Shown: positions 42,594-55,589 of the stretch, piece by piece | Layout: each line of letters starts with the position of its first letter | Numbering within the stretch: the first letter of the stretch is position 1 | DNA from: Camelus ferus | Lineage: Eukaryota | DNA: 64,000 nt | Direction of reading: 5' to 3' | Assembly: GCF_009834535.1 (NCBI RefSeq) | Contig: NC_045696.1 | Location: 41,976,001 to 42,040,000, forward strand | The notes under the pieces: model-generated | Told to the model about the DNA's origin: nothing | Databases searched by the model: none | The model's input: only the letters and a program-made list of their open reading frames with translations | Made by a program: the position numbers and the translations under genes

Positions 42594-42661
42594 GTTAACA
42601 GGAAGATCAGGAGGCTGACTTCACCTTTTGGCTTTCTTGTCCTGATGCTGAACTCCTGATG
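42594..42661 (+). other. NFKBIZ: NFKBIZ non-coding exon 2
   Basis: Strong acceptor tttttttcccctcag|G and donor ATG|gtgaga. 68 nt. Resembles the NFKBIZ variant 5' UTR as I recall it. Confidence 0.7.
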
Positions 42662-44168
42662 GTGAGAAAGGTGGATATTCCTAACCACTCCATTCCAGAA
42701 TCCCGCCATTCTGGCTCCTGGAGAAGGATCCAGATGTTACCGGGCCTTGACTGATAGAGTCAAAATGGGCGGCCGGGGGGTGGGTGTTTTCTAAAATATC
42801 TGTGATTTCTTGCATCTCTTAATCAATTGTTGAAGTTGTCTTAAAGTTGCTATGAATTTTACACTATAGGCATTTTACTGTGATTTCTTGTGAACTATAA
42901 TTTTTTTTTGGTGGTTAGGATCATTTTAACTAATTTGAATTTCCACTATTTTCCATGAGAGGAGGATGCATGAATGGGTCTAAGAGGGGAATTCGGCTCT
43001 CTGCTGACTGGCAGTTTCGGGGTTATGTAATCTTTCGCAGTCTCAGAGAGCAGCATGCCCTGTACGGTTTTGGTGAAGCGGGTCATTAAAGCTAGCATAC
43101 GTGGTTTCTGATTAAAGCACTTCCTGTTCCTTTAATTTGGGACTGTCTGTGAGGTAAAACACTTTCCTTCTTAACTTAGTCGATGAAAATATTTTACTGC
43201 TCTTTTGGGGAGTTAGTGAATAGAGAATTAACTTGTTTTGGGAGTTGACCAGCAGGATCTCATTTAGCCCTCATAATGGCATCTGAGGTCAGCATAATTA
43301 GGCTTATTTTACAGGTGAGGAAGTTGAGGCTCAGAGGGATTGAGCAGTTGGTTCCAGGCCCCCCAGATAGTAAGTGGACAGAGCTTGGATTTGAATCTGA
43401 TGGGCCTTGTCTCCAAAGCCAGCACTCTTGCCTTGGCACAGGGATGTTAGCAGAGGTTCAGTGGGAGAGGTCAACCTCCTTCCAGGGCTCTGATTTCCCT
43501 AAGGTCTTTCCTTTTCCCCGAGCTCACACCTGAATACCATCTACTCCCTGTTCAGATTTAACTGATAGTTAGTTACGGTAGTTGATGACCACCATAACCC
43601 TGCATATTTTAAGAAGACCACAGGAAAATCTTTCAGACGCCGAAGAGTGAAGCTATATGGTGGAATCTATGGGAATGTTTGGGCTAATGTTTGGGGAGAG
43701 GCAGCCTCTTACTTACACAACAGCTGGGGTTATAGGGAAAAGGGAACTCTGCTGCTCGTTCATGCTGCTCCTCTCAGGACGTTTCCTTCTGTGCTGGAGA
43801 GCTAAGGCTTGGAAGAGCATTCCTAGTTGTACTTCCTTCTCCTCTGGTGAAGGGCCCTCTGCTGCTGCTTCTGGAGAGAGGAGCTTTGGGCACCTGGCAA
43901 ACCCATTCACCAGTTCTCTGCCATCCCTGCTGTTGCAGAGTGAGTTAACTACTTGAATTAACCTCTTTGAGAATAGCCCCCAGGGTAGAAATGTGCACAT
44001 TTTGTATCTGGTGATTTACAATTTGTTTTTGCAGGATTCTTTTCTAGTTGCATTTCATATAGGTTCTATAGTATAGGATGTGTAGAATGATACATCAATC
44101 TATTTGGATGGTTAGAAAATAAAATACTGTCATGAATTAAAAAAGAATTTCTGCATGTGTCTTTTAAG

Positions 44169-44330
44169 GCAGTGTTTCTCAGACTATAATGTGCATGAGA
44201 ATTACCTGGAGATCTCACTAAACTACAGATTCTGTTTCAGTAGTTCTGGGATGGAGCTTGTAATTCTGCATTTTAATACCTTGGCACATGATGGTGATGT
44301 TGCTGGCCTGAAGTCCACGCTCTGAGTAGC
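44169..44330. mobile_element. MER5A-like hAT MITE
   Basis: cagtgtttctcagact...gaattacctggagatct...cagattctg...ctgcatttt pattern. Confidence 0.6.
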
Positions 44331-44768
44331 AAAATTATTAGGCTCCTTATATTCCAGATAATAAGAAAAAATTACAGAGTTTTTCTGTAAAATCTGCACG
44401 TATCATTTTACCATGTAGAAAAATAAATTCTGTCATGGTTATGTTAGGGCATAGTGGTAATGTACATTCTCTATACATGATACCAAATATATGAATTAAA
44501 CTCCTCAAAATTCTGTTAGTCAGTTAGATGTTATACCATCTGTACAATGGCAATGTCTAAATATTTGGAGACACAAAATGAATTTCTCACTTTTTGTCCA
44601 GATGTTTAATAGTGTGCAGATACTTTTAATATTGGTATAAGATTTTGGGACACATTTTTGGATTAGTTAGTATATTGTATATCCCCAGTCCTCTGATTAT
44701 TTCAGTCAAATTTGCTATTTATCATGGCACCCATTTTATAGAGTGGCTGATACTGTAAATCATGCCTT

Positions 44769-45485
44769 TTTTTTGTATATTTTTTTTATTGAAGTATAGT
44801 CAATTCACAATGTTGTGTCAATTTCTGGTACACAGCATAATGCTTCAGTGATACATGAACATATGTATATTCTTCTTCACCGTAAGTTACTACAAGATAT
44901 TGAATATAGTTCCCTGTGCTATACAGTATAAACTTGTTTATCTATTATATATATATTAGTTACTATCTGCAAATCTCCAGCTCCCAACTTATCTCTTCCC
45001 ACCCTCTTCCTGCCTTCTAACCAAAAATTTATTTTCTATGTCTGTGAGTCTGTTTTGTAAATAAGTTTCTCCTTTTTTTTTTTTTTTTTTTAAGATTCCA
45101 CATACAAGTGATATCATATAGTATTTTTCTTTCTCTTTCTGGCTTACTTCACTTAGAATGACACTCTCCAGGTTCATCCATGTTGCTGCAAATGACATTA
45201 TTTTATTCATTTTTATGGCTGAGTAGTATTGCATAAATTGTATAAATATACCACAGCTTCTTTGTCCAGTCACCTGTTGATGGATGTTTAAGTTGTTTCC
45301 ATGTCTTAGCTATTGTATATAGTGCTGCTGTGAACACTGGGGTGCATGTATCTTTTTGAAGTAAGGATCCCTCTGAATATATGCCCAGGAGTGGGATTGC
45401 TGGTTCATATGGTAAGTCCATTTTTAGTCTTTTGAGGAATCTGCATATAGTTTTCCATAATGGCTACACAAAACTACATTCCCAC
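44769..45485 (-). mobile_element. 5'-truncated L1 with TSD
   Basis: Frameshifted ORF2 tail ([31 protein letters not shown]) and poly(T) on the + strand. TSD TCATGCCTT at 44760-44768 and 45486-45494. Confidence 0.9.
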
Positions 45486-46100
45486 TCATGCCTTCTCAAA
45501 GAGGGTGATATTGTCCACAAGAGGGCAAAATTGGTTATTGAGGGGAAATATCTCAGATATTACACTGGTTTAGGGCCCTCGAAAGGACCATAGTACATAA
45601 ACAGATACAAAGTATATCTGTGGTTTAAAACTTTCATCAGGAGACAATCAGGGAAAAAATAGCTACAAAGGCTCCTTAAGTGCGTGTGATAATGAAAGCA
45701 AGGTTGAGACACACAGCCGTAAGTGCTCTTACACATGCTTATTCAATTGAAGTCAAAAAGATTTTCCTCTAGCTTGTGGTCTGTTTGTATCTTGTTTTGT
45801 GTCTGCATCATTGCCATGGATTTTTAAAGTACCTGCTTCCAGAAGAGGGATGATTCCTTTTTTCTACCCATATTTTTATTTTATTGAAGTATAGTTGACT
45901 TACAATGTTGTATTAGTTTCCTGTGTACAGCCTAGTGATTCAGTTATATATAGTCTTTTTCATTATGGGTTATTACAAGTTACTGAATATAGTTTTCTGT
46001 GCTATACACTCTGACCTTGTTTGTTTTATATATAGTAATTTGTATCTATTCCATATTTCTTTCTTTATTTCAGGAACATTTTCTTCTATTATATCCTTAA

Positions 46101-46215
46101 TTTTTTTTTTTTTTTTACAATTTATTTATTTATTTAAATGGAGGTACTGGGGATTGAACCCAGGACCTTGTGCATACTAAGTATGTACTCTACCACTGAG
46201 CTATACCCACTTCCC
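46101..46215 (-). mobile_element. tRNA-derived SINE (Vic-1-like)
   Basis: Same family as the copy at 13623. TSD TCCTTAA at 46094-46100 and 46216-46222. Confidence 0.8.
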
Positions 46216-46239
46216 TCCTTAAATGTCTTTTAATATTTG

Positions 46240-46855
46240 AAGAAATTGTGGTAAAATATACATAACACAAAATTCACCATCTTAACCATTTTTAGGTGTA
46301 TAGTTCAGTGGTATTAAGCACAGTCACATTGTTATACAACCATAACTACTATTCATCTTCAGAAATTTCTCCTCTTCTCAAACTGAAATTTCATATCCAT
46401 CGAACAATGATTCCCTATTCATCCCTACCCCAGCCCTTGGCAACTACTATTTTACTTTCTGTCTCTATGAAGTTGACAACTCTAGAAACTTCATATAAGT
46501 GGAATCATACAATATTTATCCTTTTGTGGCTGGCTTATTTCACTCAACGTAATATCCTCAAGGTTCATCCAGGTTGTAGCATATGTCAGAAATTCCTTCT
46601 AAGGCTGAATAATACTCCGTTTTATGTATATACCCTGTTTTGTTTATCCATTCATCCCTTGATAGACATCTGAGTGGCTTCTACCTTTTGGTTACTGTGA
46701 ATAATGCTGCAGTGAACATAGGTGTACAAATAATCTGTTTTTAGTCCCTGCTTTCAATTCTTTTGGGTGTATACCCGGAAGTGGAATTGTTGGATCTGTC
46801 TTTAATATTTTGAGGAACTGCCATACTGTTTTCTTTAAAAAAAGCTGTACCATGA
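46240..46855 (-). mobile_element. Old L1 (L1MB-like) 3' end
   Basis: Starts attgtggtaaaatatacataacacaaaattcaccatcttaaccattttt and includes ggtgtatacccggaagtggaattg. Confidence 0.75.
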
Positions 46856-46879
46856 TGATTTTTTTAAACTCACTTTGTA

Positions 46880-47083
46880 CATATGAGCTAGCTTAATTTC
46901 TCTTTCTCAGCTTTTAAATCATTTTATAATTAGTCTTACTATCTGGTACATACTATTATCCTTGCTTATAGAAATTTAAAATAAATCCCTTGTAGACTTA
47001 TATGAAAAAAGCCAAGCTCCACTCCCTCCCCTAAAACTCCCAAACTTCAAGTTTTAAGTTCTGAATTAAAAATTCTAGAAGTA
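46880..47083 (+). repeat. ~200-bp dispersed direct repeat, copy 1
   Basis: About 95% identical by eye to 51120-51322. Confidence 0.92.
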
Positions 47084-47569
47084 CAGTCACTTACAATGTG
47101 TCAGTATCTGGTGTACATCACAATGTCCCAATCATGCATATATATACATATATTTGTTTTCATATTCAACAATCAGGTATTAAATGAAGCTTTGAAAACC
47201 GGATAACAGCTACAACTACCACCATGGAATGTGTGCTGTGTGCCAGGAGCTGTGCTAGGCATATCATGTACACTGCCTCATTTAACCTATATACTGACTA
47301 AATGCAGGTGGGAGACCCATTCTATGGATGAGAAAATGGAATCTTAGAGAAGTTAATTAAAGCTTCATGGCTATTAAATGAGTGAAGCTGGGATCTGAAC
47401 CCAAGTTCGTTTGACTTCAAAACCCTATGCTTTTAAGCAAGGGATGAAGACTGTTATGGGCAAGAATTCTATCTTGGATAGATGTTTGGGGCAGGAATTA
47501 ATGTGCTGTTTTCCAGGATTATTTGTAAGGCCTGTGAGTTGAGCAGTAGGTAGAAGTGTGAAGGGATAG

Positions 47570-47942
47570 TGCAGTAGTTTGCTAGGACTGTCATAACACT
47601 ACTGCAGACTGGGCGGCTTATGTAACAGATTTATTTTCTCACAGTCCAAGATCAAAGCACCAGCAGGGCTGGTTTCTCCTGAAGCCTCTCTCCTTGGCTT
47701 GTAGGTGGCTACCTTCTCACGTGTCCACACGTGGCCTGTTCTCTTCACACGAAGCCCTCATGTCTCTTTCTCTTCTAACAAGGACACCTGTCAGATTAGA
47801 TTAGGGCACACCCTAATGGCCTCATTTTAACTTAATTATCTCTTTAAAGGCCCTTATCTCTAAATACAATCACACTCTTGAAATACTGGGGGTTAGGGCT
47901 TCAACATATGAATTTCAAGAGTACACAGTTCAGTCTTTAACA
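47570..47942 (-). mobile_element. MLT1A/B-type MaLR LTR
   Basis: tagtttgctaggactgtcataaca...tactgggggttagggcttcaacatatgaattt...acacagttcagtc. Confidence 0.7.
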
Positions 47943-50247
47943 CGTAAATCTGATGCAGCTGGATTTTAAAGGCTTTAAAAGCCAGGCATAGGGATTTAGT
48001 TTTTATATGGGAGGTCATAGGGTCCAACTGTGGTTGAGCAGGGGAAGACATGACTGTCGTGGCTTTCCCAAACAAGTTTCCAGCTGCTCTTAAACATGAT
48101 GCTAGTGAAAAGGAAGACTGTGGGGTATGTGGGAAGGGTTTTGGAGAAGGAATTCTTAGTACTTTTTTACAGTGGATCTTACAGAAGATCATCTTTCGGT
48201 GGGGGCGAAGGAGCAAAGGAGGAATATGGCATCGGGGAATTTCAACTCAGAGAAAAGATCAGCAGGAGCTAGGAATCTGGAGTTTTTATACAGATCAGAT
48301 TTGAATCTATGTGAGTGGGGAAGCTGACTCAGAGTTCTAAAAAGACAAGAGGCTAGAATTCTCAGGTCTTAAACTGCTTTGTGGTCACATAGGTTTGAAA
48401 GATACTACAGAAGCTTTCTAGGACCTCTGTAGCTAAAATAGCCCCTCTGGCTCTCTTTCTTTGACTTGGTTTGTTTTTCTTCATAGCATAGTATCATAGC
48501 CTGGCGTTATATTTGTACAGCTATTTGATTATTGTCTGTTTTTCCCAAAAGAATATAAGCTCCACGAGGACACAGACTGTGTTTTTGTACAATGCTCTGT
48601 TCCTAGTACCTGGAAGAGGGCCCTAAATATTGTAGGTGCTCAGTAAATATTTGCTGAATGAATCTATGAATACGGTTAATTTTTTATGATCAATAGAATT
48701 TAAATTGAAGACAGATTGCTGGATATTGCCTTTTTGTTTCTTCTTAAAATAAATTTTTTTGTTTAGCAAGAAGATGTAGTTAAATGAACACCCAGACACA
48801 TATATTTGAGAATCTTTAAATATACAACCTAAAAACTTAGTTTTGTTTCTCTGTGTTTTTCCTTAGATTATGCTTTCCCCAAATCTCGATCAAATAGTCC
48901 CTTCTCTGCAATAGCATTTCTTTATGAGAAAGGAGGTGCGACTGTCTTTAAAAATCCAGATGTTTCAGTAGTCTGATTACTCTTGTCGGATTAGCTGTTT
49001 GCATGTACTCTTTTTGTTGTCTTTTTCATAGGTTATTTGTGAAGTCCTTGGTTTCTGTTGGATCTCTTTTCCTGTTACTTATCATACCTGTATTTAAAGA
49101 TTGACATGTCACTGTACGTACGTGGGTGCTAACAGTTTGTACAAACATAAGCCTGTCACCTTTCTCTACAGTTTCCTCCAGGAGGACTGCTGGTTATGAT
49201 ATGGTGTTTCATAAAATCTAACTATAGGTAGGAGAGGAATTGAAACCAAGTCCACCCTCCTATTTTCTAAGGAATCATAATCAAAGTAAATCTGAATCGG
49301 CTTATATTTCACACACGTGAACAGTCATTAAATTTAGCCCCTTTTTTTTCAGGTAGTCTGAGTGGTATAAATGGCACTAGAATTATTGGGTAAAATAATT
49401 TAAGGCAATAGTCTTCCAACAGATTGCGGATTTCTCCCTAAAGGACTCTCTTAATCACTGGGGAAGTGTTTTCAAGAGCCCTACACCCCCATTTTGAAAT
49501 CACTGTGGCCAGAGAACAGCTTCCTGGTGGGAGTATATCATGCTTCTCAGGTGTGCTGGGGGAGGGAAGGGCTGAGCACTGGTCAAAGATTCTGAGAGGT
49601 AAAGTAAACAGAGCACATGATACTAGAAGATGACTTGGTTTCTGTCTGCCTTTTTCTCTGTGTCACTGGTGCTCTTCTGGTCCCCCCAGAGCCTGTGCGC
49701 TAGCACTTTATGGAACTTTTAAACTGTACAGGATGAGGTAGGCTAATGGGACGAGGAAGCTCTGCAGGGCAACGTGGTGAGGTTAAGAGATGAAATTTGA
49801 ACATGCTTGTTGGAAGTAAAGAAAAATGGAAGGATCTTAACAGGAGAATCTGTTTACTGAAGCTCATGTCTAATTTAGTGCACCTTTAGGAATTGTTCAT
49901 TATAATAGTTTCCTGACCTGTAAATTCTACAATTATGATTTTGAAAAATACATTGGGCTCCTTCCTAACCAGTTTGATCTCGCAAGTGTGAAAGTACTCT
50001 GGGGAGAATATGCTCTGCAGACATGAGCTATGACAAGTTTTTGTCCAGCATGTAGTCTGTTCTCCCTTCTCCTCCCAGCCATACACGCAAACAAGCTGGT
50101 TGAAGATTTACTCAATGGTCGTAATAATTTATGGGAATGGGAAGGGAACTGACAAAGTGTCTAGGAGGTGTCACATGCTGTACATGTGTTGTACATTATC
50201 TCATGTCATCATAGCAATTTGATTTAGATGCTAGTATCCCAGTTTAT

Positions 50248-50382
50248 TCATTTATTTTTTGACTTTTTTTAATTGAGTCATAGTCATTTTACAGTGTTGT
50301 GTCAAATTCCATTGTAGAGCATCATTTTTCAGTTATACCTGAACGTACGTATATTCATTGTCACATTTTGTTTCGCCGTGAG
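50248..50382 (-). mobile_element. 135-bp L1 3' tip with a 16-bp TSD
   Basis: Similar to the reverse complement of the 3' end of the L1 at 11324-12126. TSD TAGTATCCCAGTTTAT at 50232-50247 and 50383-50398. Confidence 0.88.
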
Positions 50383-50512
50383 TAGTATCCCAGTTTATAT
50401 GTGAGTAAACAGGCTCAGAAACAAAAGGACTTGCCCTGAATCGCACGGCTGGTGTTAGCGCCGCGTCTGCAGGCTTCAAGCCACGACACTGCTGTGCCTC
50501 TGAGCACTTAAG

Positions 50513-50705
50513 GCAAGTGTTGGCAAGCTCTTCCTGCAATAAGCCAAATGGTAAATATTTTAGCTTTTGTGGAATAAGAGACAAGATGGAGGATATCATG
50601 TAGGCCCCTATATAAACATTTAAAATGTAACCACTTACAAATGTAAAAACCATTCTTACGTGACAGGCTGTGAAATAGGCCAGTTTTGGCCTGCAGGCTG
50701 CAGTA
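50513..50705. mobile_element. MER58-like hAT MITE
   Basis: tgttggcaagct...gtaaatattttagctttt...aaatgtaaaaaccattctta...ttggcctgcaggctgcagt pattern. Confidence 0.6.
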
Positions 50706-51119
50706 GTGAGCAAAAGCAATTTTGGGGGGAGGTGAGGCGACTGAACAAATAATTGTCATTAATGTTGTATGAAATTTGCATAGTCTTTTAGTAATGGAGA
50801 GTTTGGACTTCCTCATTAATTAATTCCAATATTATCCTTTCAATCTGCTTATAGCAATACATGTTTATTATAGTTTGTCTGCTAATATGAATGATGGTTG
50901 GGAAAATTTCATAACTGCATATTTCACCTTGATCTTTGACCATTCTCCCAGGCATTAATTACATTAGAGATAAAGTATATATAAGGTACCTATCATAGTA
51001 TTCAGTACACGGTGTACATTCAGTAATAGTTCCTATTAACCTTATCAGTATATGAAAGTATTATTATATTGTGGGTCTATAATTTTTTATTATTATTTGA
51101 GGTAACAATGTCTTTTCTG

Positions 51120-51322
51120 CATATGAGCTAGCTTAATTTCTTTCTCAGCTCTTAAATTATTTTATAATTAATCTTACTATCTAGTACATACTATTATCCT
51201 TGCTTATAGAAATTTAAAATAAATCCCTTGTAGATTTATATGAAAAAAACCCAAGCCCCACTCCCTCCCCTAAAACTCCCAAACTTCAAGTTTTAAATTC
51301 TGAATTAAAAATTCTAGAAGTA
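51120..51322 (+). repeat. ~200-bp dispersed direct repeat, copy 2
   Basis: About 95% identical by eye to 46880-47083. Confidence 0.92.
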
Positions 51323-51504
51323 AAATTCTTCTTGATAAAATACTTCTTTATATAAGGCATGAAATTACATTTTCATCCCTAATCTAATTCGACAAATATG
51401 TGTTACTTGTGTTTAAAAGGGAAGGGAAAAGGAGATTATGATTATGAAAGTTTCAAAAAAGATAAGTCGACATATAAATCAATCAACATGTTTATTATAA
51501 ATTA

Positions 51505-52831
51505 AAAAAAATTGAAGTATATAGTTGGTTTACAATGTTGTGTTAATTTCTGGTGTACAGCATAGTGATTCAGTTATACATAGATATATTTCTTTTCATA
51601 TTCTTTTTCATTATAGGCTCTTGTAAGATACTGATTACAGCTCCCTGTGCTATGCATGTTCATCCATTTTGTGTACAGTAATTAGTATCTGCAAATCCCA
51701 AACTCCCAATTTATTTCTCCACCCCCACCTTTCCCCATTGGTAACTATGTTTTCTGTGTCTGTGAATCTTTTTCTGTTTCATAAATAAGTTAATTTGTGT
51801 CATTTTTTTAGATTCCACATAGAAGTGATATCGTTTGTCTTTCTCTTTCTGGCTTACTTCACTTAGTATGATGTGCTCCAGGTCCATCCGTGTTGCTGCA
51901 AAGGGCATTATTTTATTATTATTTTTTTTATGGCTGAGTAGTATTCTATTGTATATGTATGCCACATCTTCCTTATCTGATCATTTGTCAGTGGACATTT
52001 AGGTTGCTTCTATGTTGGCTATTAAAAATAGTGCTGCTATGTACATTAAGGTGCATGTATCTTTTTGAAGTAGAGTTTTCTCTGGATATATGTCTAGAAG
52101 TGGGATTGTTGGGTCATATAATAAGACTGTTTTTAGTTTTTAAAGGAATCTCCATACTGGTTTCCATAATGGCTGCACCAAACTACATTCCTACCAACAG
52201 TGTAGGAGGGCTCCCCTTTCTCCACACCCTCTCCAGCATTTATTGTTTGTGGACTTTTCTAATGATGGCCATTCAGCCACATGTAAATCAGTGAAGTTAG
52301 AACACTCCCTCACACCATACATGAAAATAACTCAAAATGGCTCAAAGACTTAAACATAAGACAAGACACTATAAACTTCCTAGAAGAAAACATAGGCAAA
52401 ACATTCTCTGGCATAAATTTTAGCGCTGTTCTCCTAGGGCCATCTATCAAGGCAATAGAAATAAAAGCAAAAATAAACAAATGGACCTTAATTAAACTTA
52501 TAAGCTTTTGCACAGCAAAGGAAACTATAAACAAAATGAAAAGACAACCTACAGAATGGAAGAAAATATTTGCAAATGATGCAACTGACAAGGGCTTAAT
52601 TACCAGAACATACAAATAGCTCATACAACGTAATAACAAAAAAACCAAACAAACCAATCAAAAAATGGGCAGAAGACCTAAACAAGCAGTTCTCCAATGA
52701 AGACATACAAATGGCCAATAGGCTCATGAAAAATGCTCAGCCTTTCTAATTATTAGAGAAACGCAAATCAAAACTACAATGAGTCAGAATGGCTATCATT
52801 CAAAAGTCCACAAATGATGAATGCTGGCAGG
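51505..52831 (-). mobile_element. L1 with an inverted 5' segment
   Basis: Minus-strand 3' end/ORF2 tail at 51505-~52274, directly followed by plus-strand upstream ORF2 sequence at ~52275-52831. Confidence 0.85.
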
Positions 52832-55589
52832 TTGTTTTTTAGTAGTATAAGGATAGATGCAGAAGGATAATTCTGGATTTTGTGTTACTGTCTGGAGTCT
52901 ATAGATTTGTGTGGGAAAAGGAGTGGCAAAAAGGAAAATGGAGAGGAAAAAAGGGAGGGAAAAGGGAGAGCTGGGAGAAGATACTCTTCTTTCTTCACCA
53001 TTCTATTTAAGGTGGTTCAGATTTTAGTAACCTCTAAAGCAGATGTTCACATATCCAGTATATATGATGGTGATTTCTTTCATATGTGTAGAAATGAAAT
53101 ATGTGAATTGTCAACAAGGCAGAGAAAGCAGAAGCCATCACAGAACTTGTAATTCTCTGCTATTTTAGACAAAGCTCACCTACATCATCTATATTTCTAT
53201 GTGTCTATTATGGATAAAGTTCATTATTATAAATAGAAACCAGGAAAACTGATGAGCGAAGAACAACTTACTCTAAGGGTAAATTTTAGGAGAGTGCACT
53301 TGTTTCATGTGGAAGTCTTGTGCGAGTTTTGACCATTACTTATTAAAGACTGTATTATTCCAGGTAGCTCTTCTGACCAACACTGAACATTTCTCCATCA
53401 CATATATCATATGATTTTGCATGAATCATACATTTATAGTGTGTGAATATTTCCTCAAATCCAATGGGAAAAAGTTTATTTCTTTGGAAATGAAGTGCCC
53501 TTAAAGTGGAAGACAAATTTGTTTTGTCTTCCAGTTTACATACTAGGATTTCAGTCTGTTGCTGGGCTGAAAGGTATTTCGGGTACTGCCGCACTGCTGT
53601 GATGCAGCCTCTGTGTACAGGGCATCTAATCGACTGGGATATTTAGCTGTGTGACCTGGCTTTGTACAAGGAGCCTCTTCTGCCCACCTGTCAGAGGACA
53701 GGTCTTGCATACCTAGTGGAAAGCACTGGAGTTACTTTACATAGTAGACATCACAGATGCTCAGAAAATATTTGTGGGATGAAGTGAATGGCATCTCTTT
53801 ATGGATACTTGAGGCAAGAGAAAGCTCCAGAGAGATGTCTCCAGGGACACCTCAGCATTGATTTTTGCCTTGACACAGTCAGTCCATAGTGTGTAAAGTT
53901 GTACATACAGTATTTAGAGGCGTTTCAGATTCATTTGGACAGCACTGTGGAGTGTTCCAAGATGTGCACATCTTTTGCTAATCCATCTGTGTGATGATTA
54001 GGATACCAGACAGGTATATTTACCTGCTTTGAGAAATTCCCTCAACAGAAATATAAGGGTTAGTGTCCTTTGATGTCAGATGTTAGTAATTTGCTGCAAA
54101 CAGGACCTAGGAAACTACTTCCAGAGATAATTTTTTGGTCTTTCCAGGCCAGAACACACAAAATGTTATGTCATTTGTAAGGAAACAGTTTATGGTTCTT
54201 AGTAACTACAGATGTCTGTGCCATAGCCTAGAAGGTCAAATGTTGTAGGTGTTCTGTTGAGGAGCATATGAGTCTCAGGAGAACTGAGTATATGTGTCTC
54301 AGGAATAGTACTAGTCTCTCAATTTATGACCAGAATGTTCATACCTCTGGATATAAGCTCCACAAAGACAGGAGTTTTTATCTGATGCACTGCTGTGCCC
54401 CAGTGCCCTGAAAAGTACCTGCCATTTAGAAGACACTATCATATTGAAGAATACATGGAATTTAAAAATAGATGGTCTAATTTGCTCCTGTGCATTAAAA
54501 AAAAAAACAAAAACAACTCTTAGAATACCCAGAAGTTTAAATGTTTCGTGAGATGTTAAAAAGTGTTTTACATTGCTATGGAGATAATAAATTATTATTT
54601 TTCAGAGAAAGCATCAAAAATCAGTATGTTACATCTGTTTTGAAAGCCCCTGAAAGCATTTCACCTTCTTTACAGAATTGATATGAACCAAAGACAGCAG
54701 GGGCTTTTTATATTTGTAAGACATATGTAGTAGTTTTACAGTAATCCAGGTGCTGAGAATGAAGGGATTCTAATTCGGGGGGCCAAAGGGTCTATTGTGA
54801 TGTCTGTGGTGTTGCATGTAAAATACTTACGGAAGCACTTACATTTGTTTCTGCTGGTCAATTAAATGTGTACTAAGTAACAGGTAGTTGACTACTTACA
54901 AAGCATACATGTCCTGGGAATTTATAGTGGAATAGAGGAGACAGACTCACCTAAATAGATAATTTCCACACATTTTAAGGACTATGATCCAAGTCTGTTT
55001 GGGGACACAGAATGGGGGTCCCTATGCCAGACTGAGGGTGGAGTGAGGGTGAAGAGCAGGGAGGGTCAGGGAGGGCTCCAGAGGTGATGGAAACTAACCT
55101 GAGTCTTTGGGAAGATGAGGGTGAGTTGGTCAGGCGAGGAAGGGTAGAGCATTCTGTTCAGAAGGAACCACAGGAGCGAAGTCCCAGATCTGTGTGCAAC
55201 TGCATTCAGTTTGGTAAGATGGCAAGTGATGAGGAAGACAAGGCTTGTGAGGAATGCTGGGCTTTGACACCTGCCATCCTAAGAAGACTGAACTCGAAAC
55301 TAGAGCTGATAGAGAGTCACTGAAGGATCCCTAAGTAGAGCAGAGGAATTCTTAGATTTGGTTGTACGTATGGCATGCTGGTGTCAGTCTGGAGGGTAGA
55401 ATTTAGGTGGGCACGGCTGGATGGGCAAACATTTGGCTCAGGTGAGAGATGAAGGCCCATCTTGGGCAGTTTAAATAGAGATGGAGAAGAGAGAGAGGTT
55501 CCAGATCAGGTGTTCAGCAATTAATTGTCCAATCTGGAACTGTTAGTTTGAATAACATACTGCCTACATTCTACCAATAAAATAAAAAA

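Noticed and set aside
46140..46215. tRNA gene
   Set aside because: It has A/B boxes, but also an A-rich tail and a TSD, so it is a SINE.
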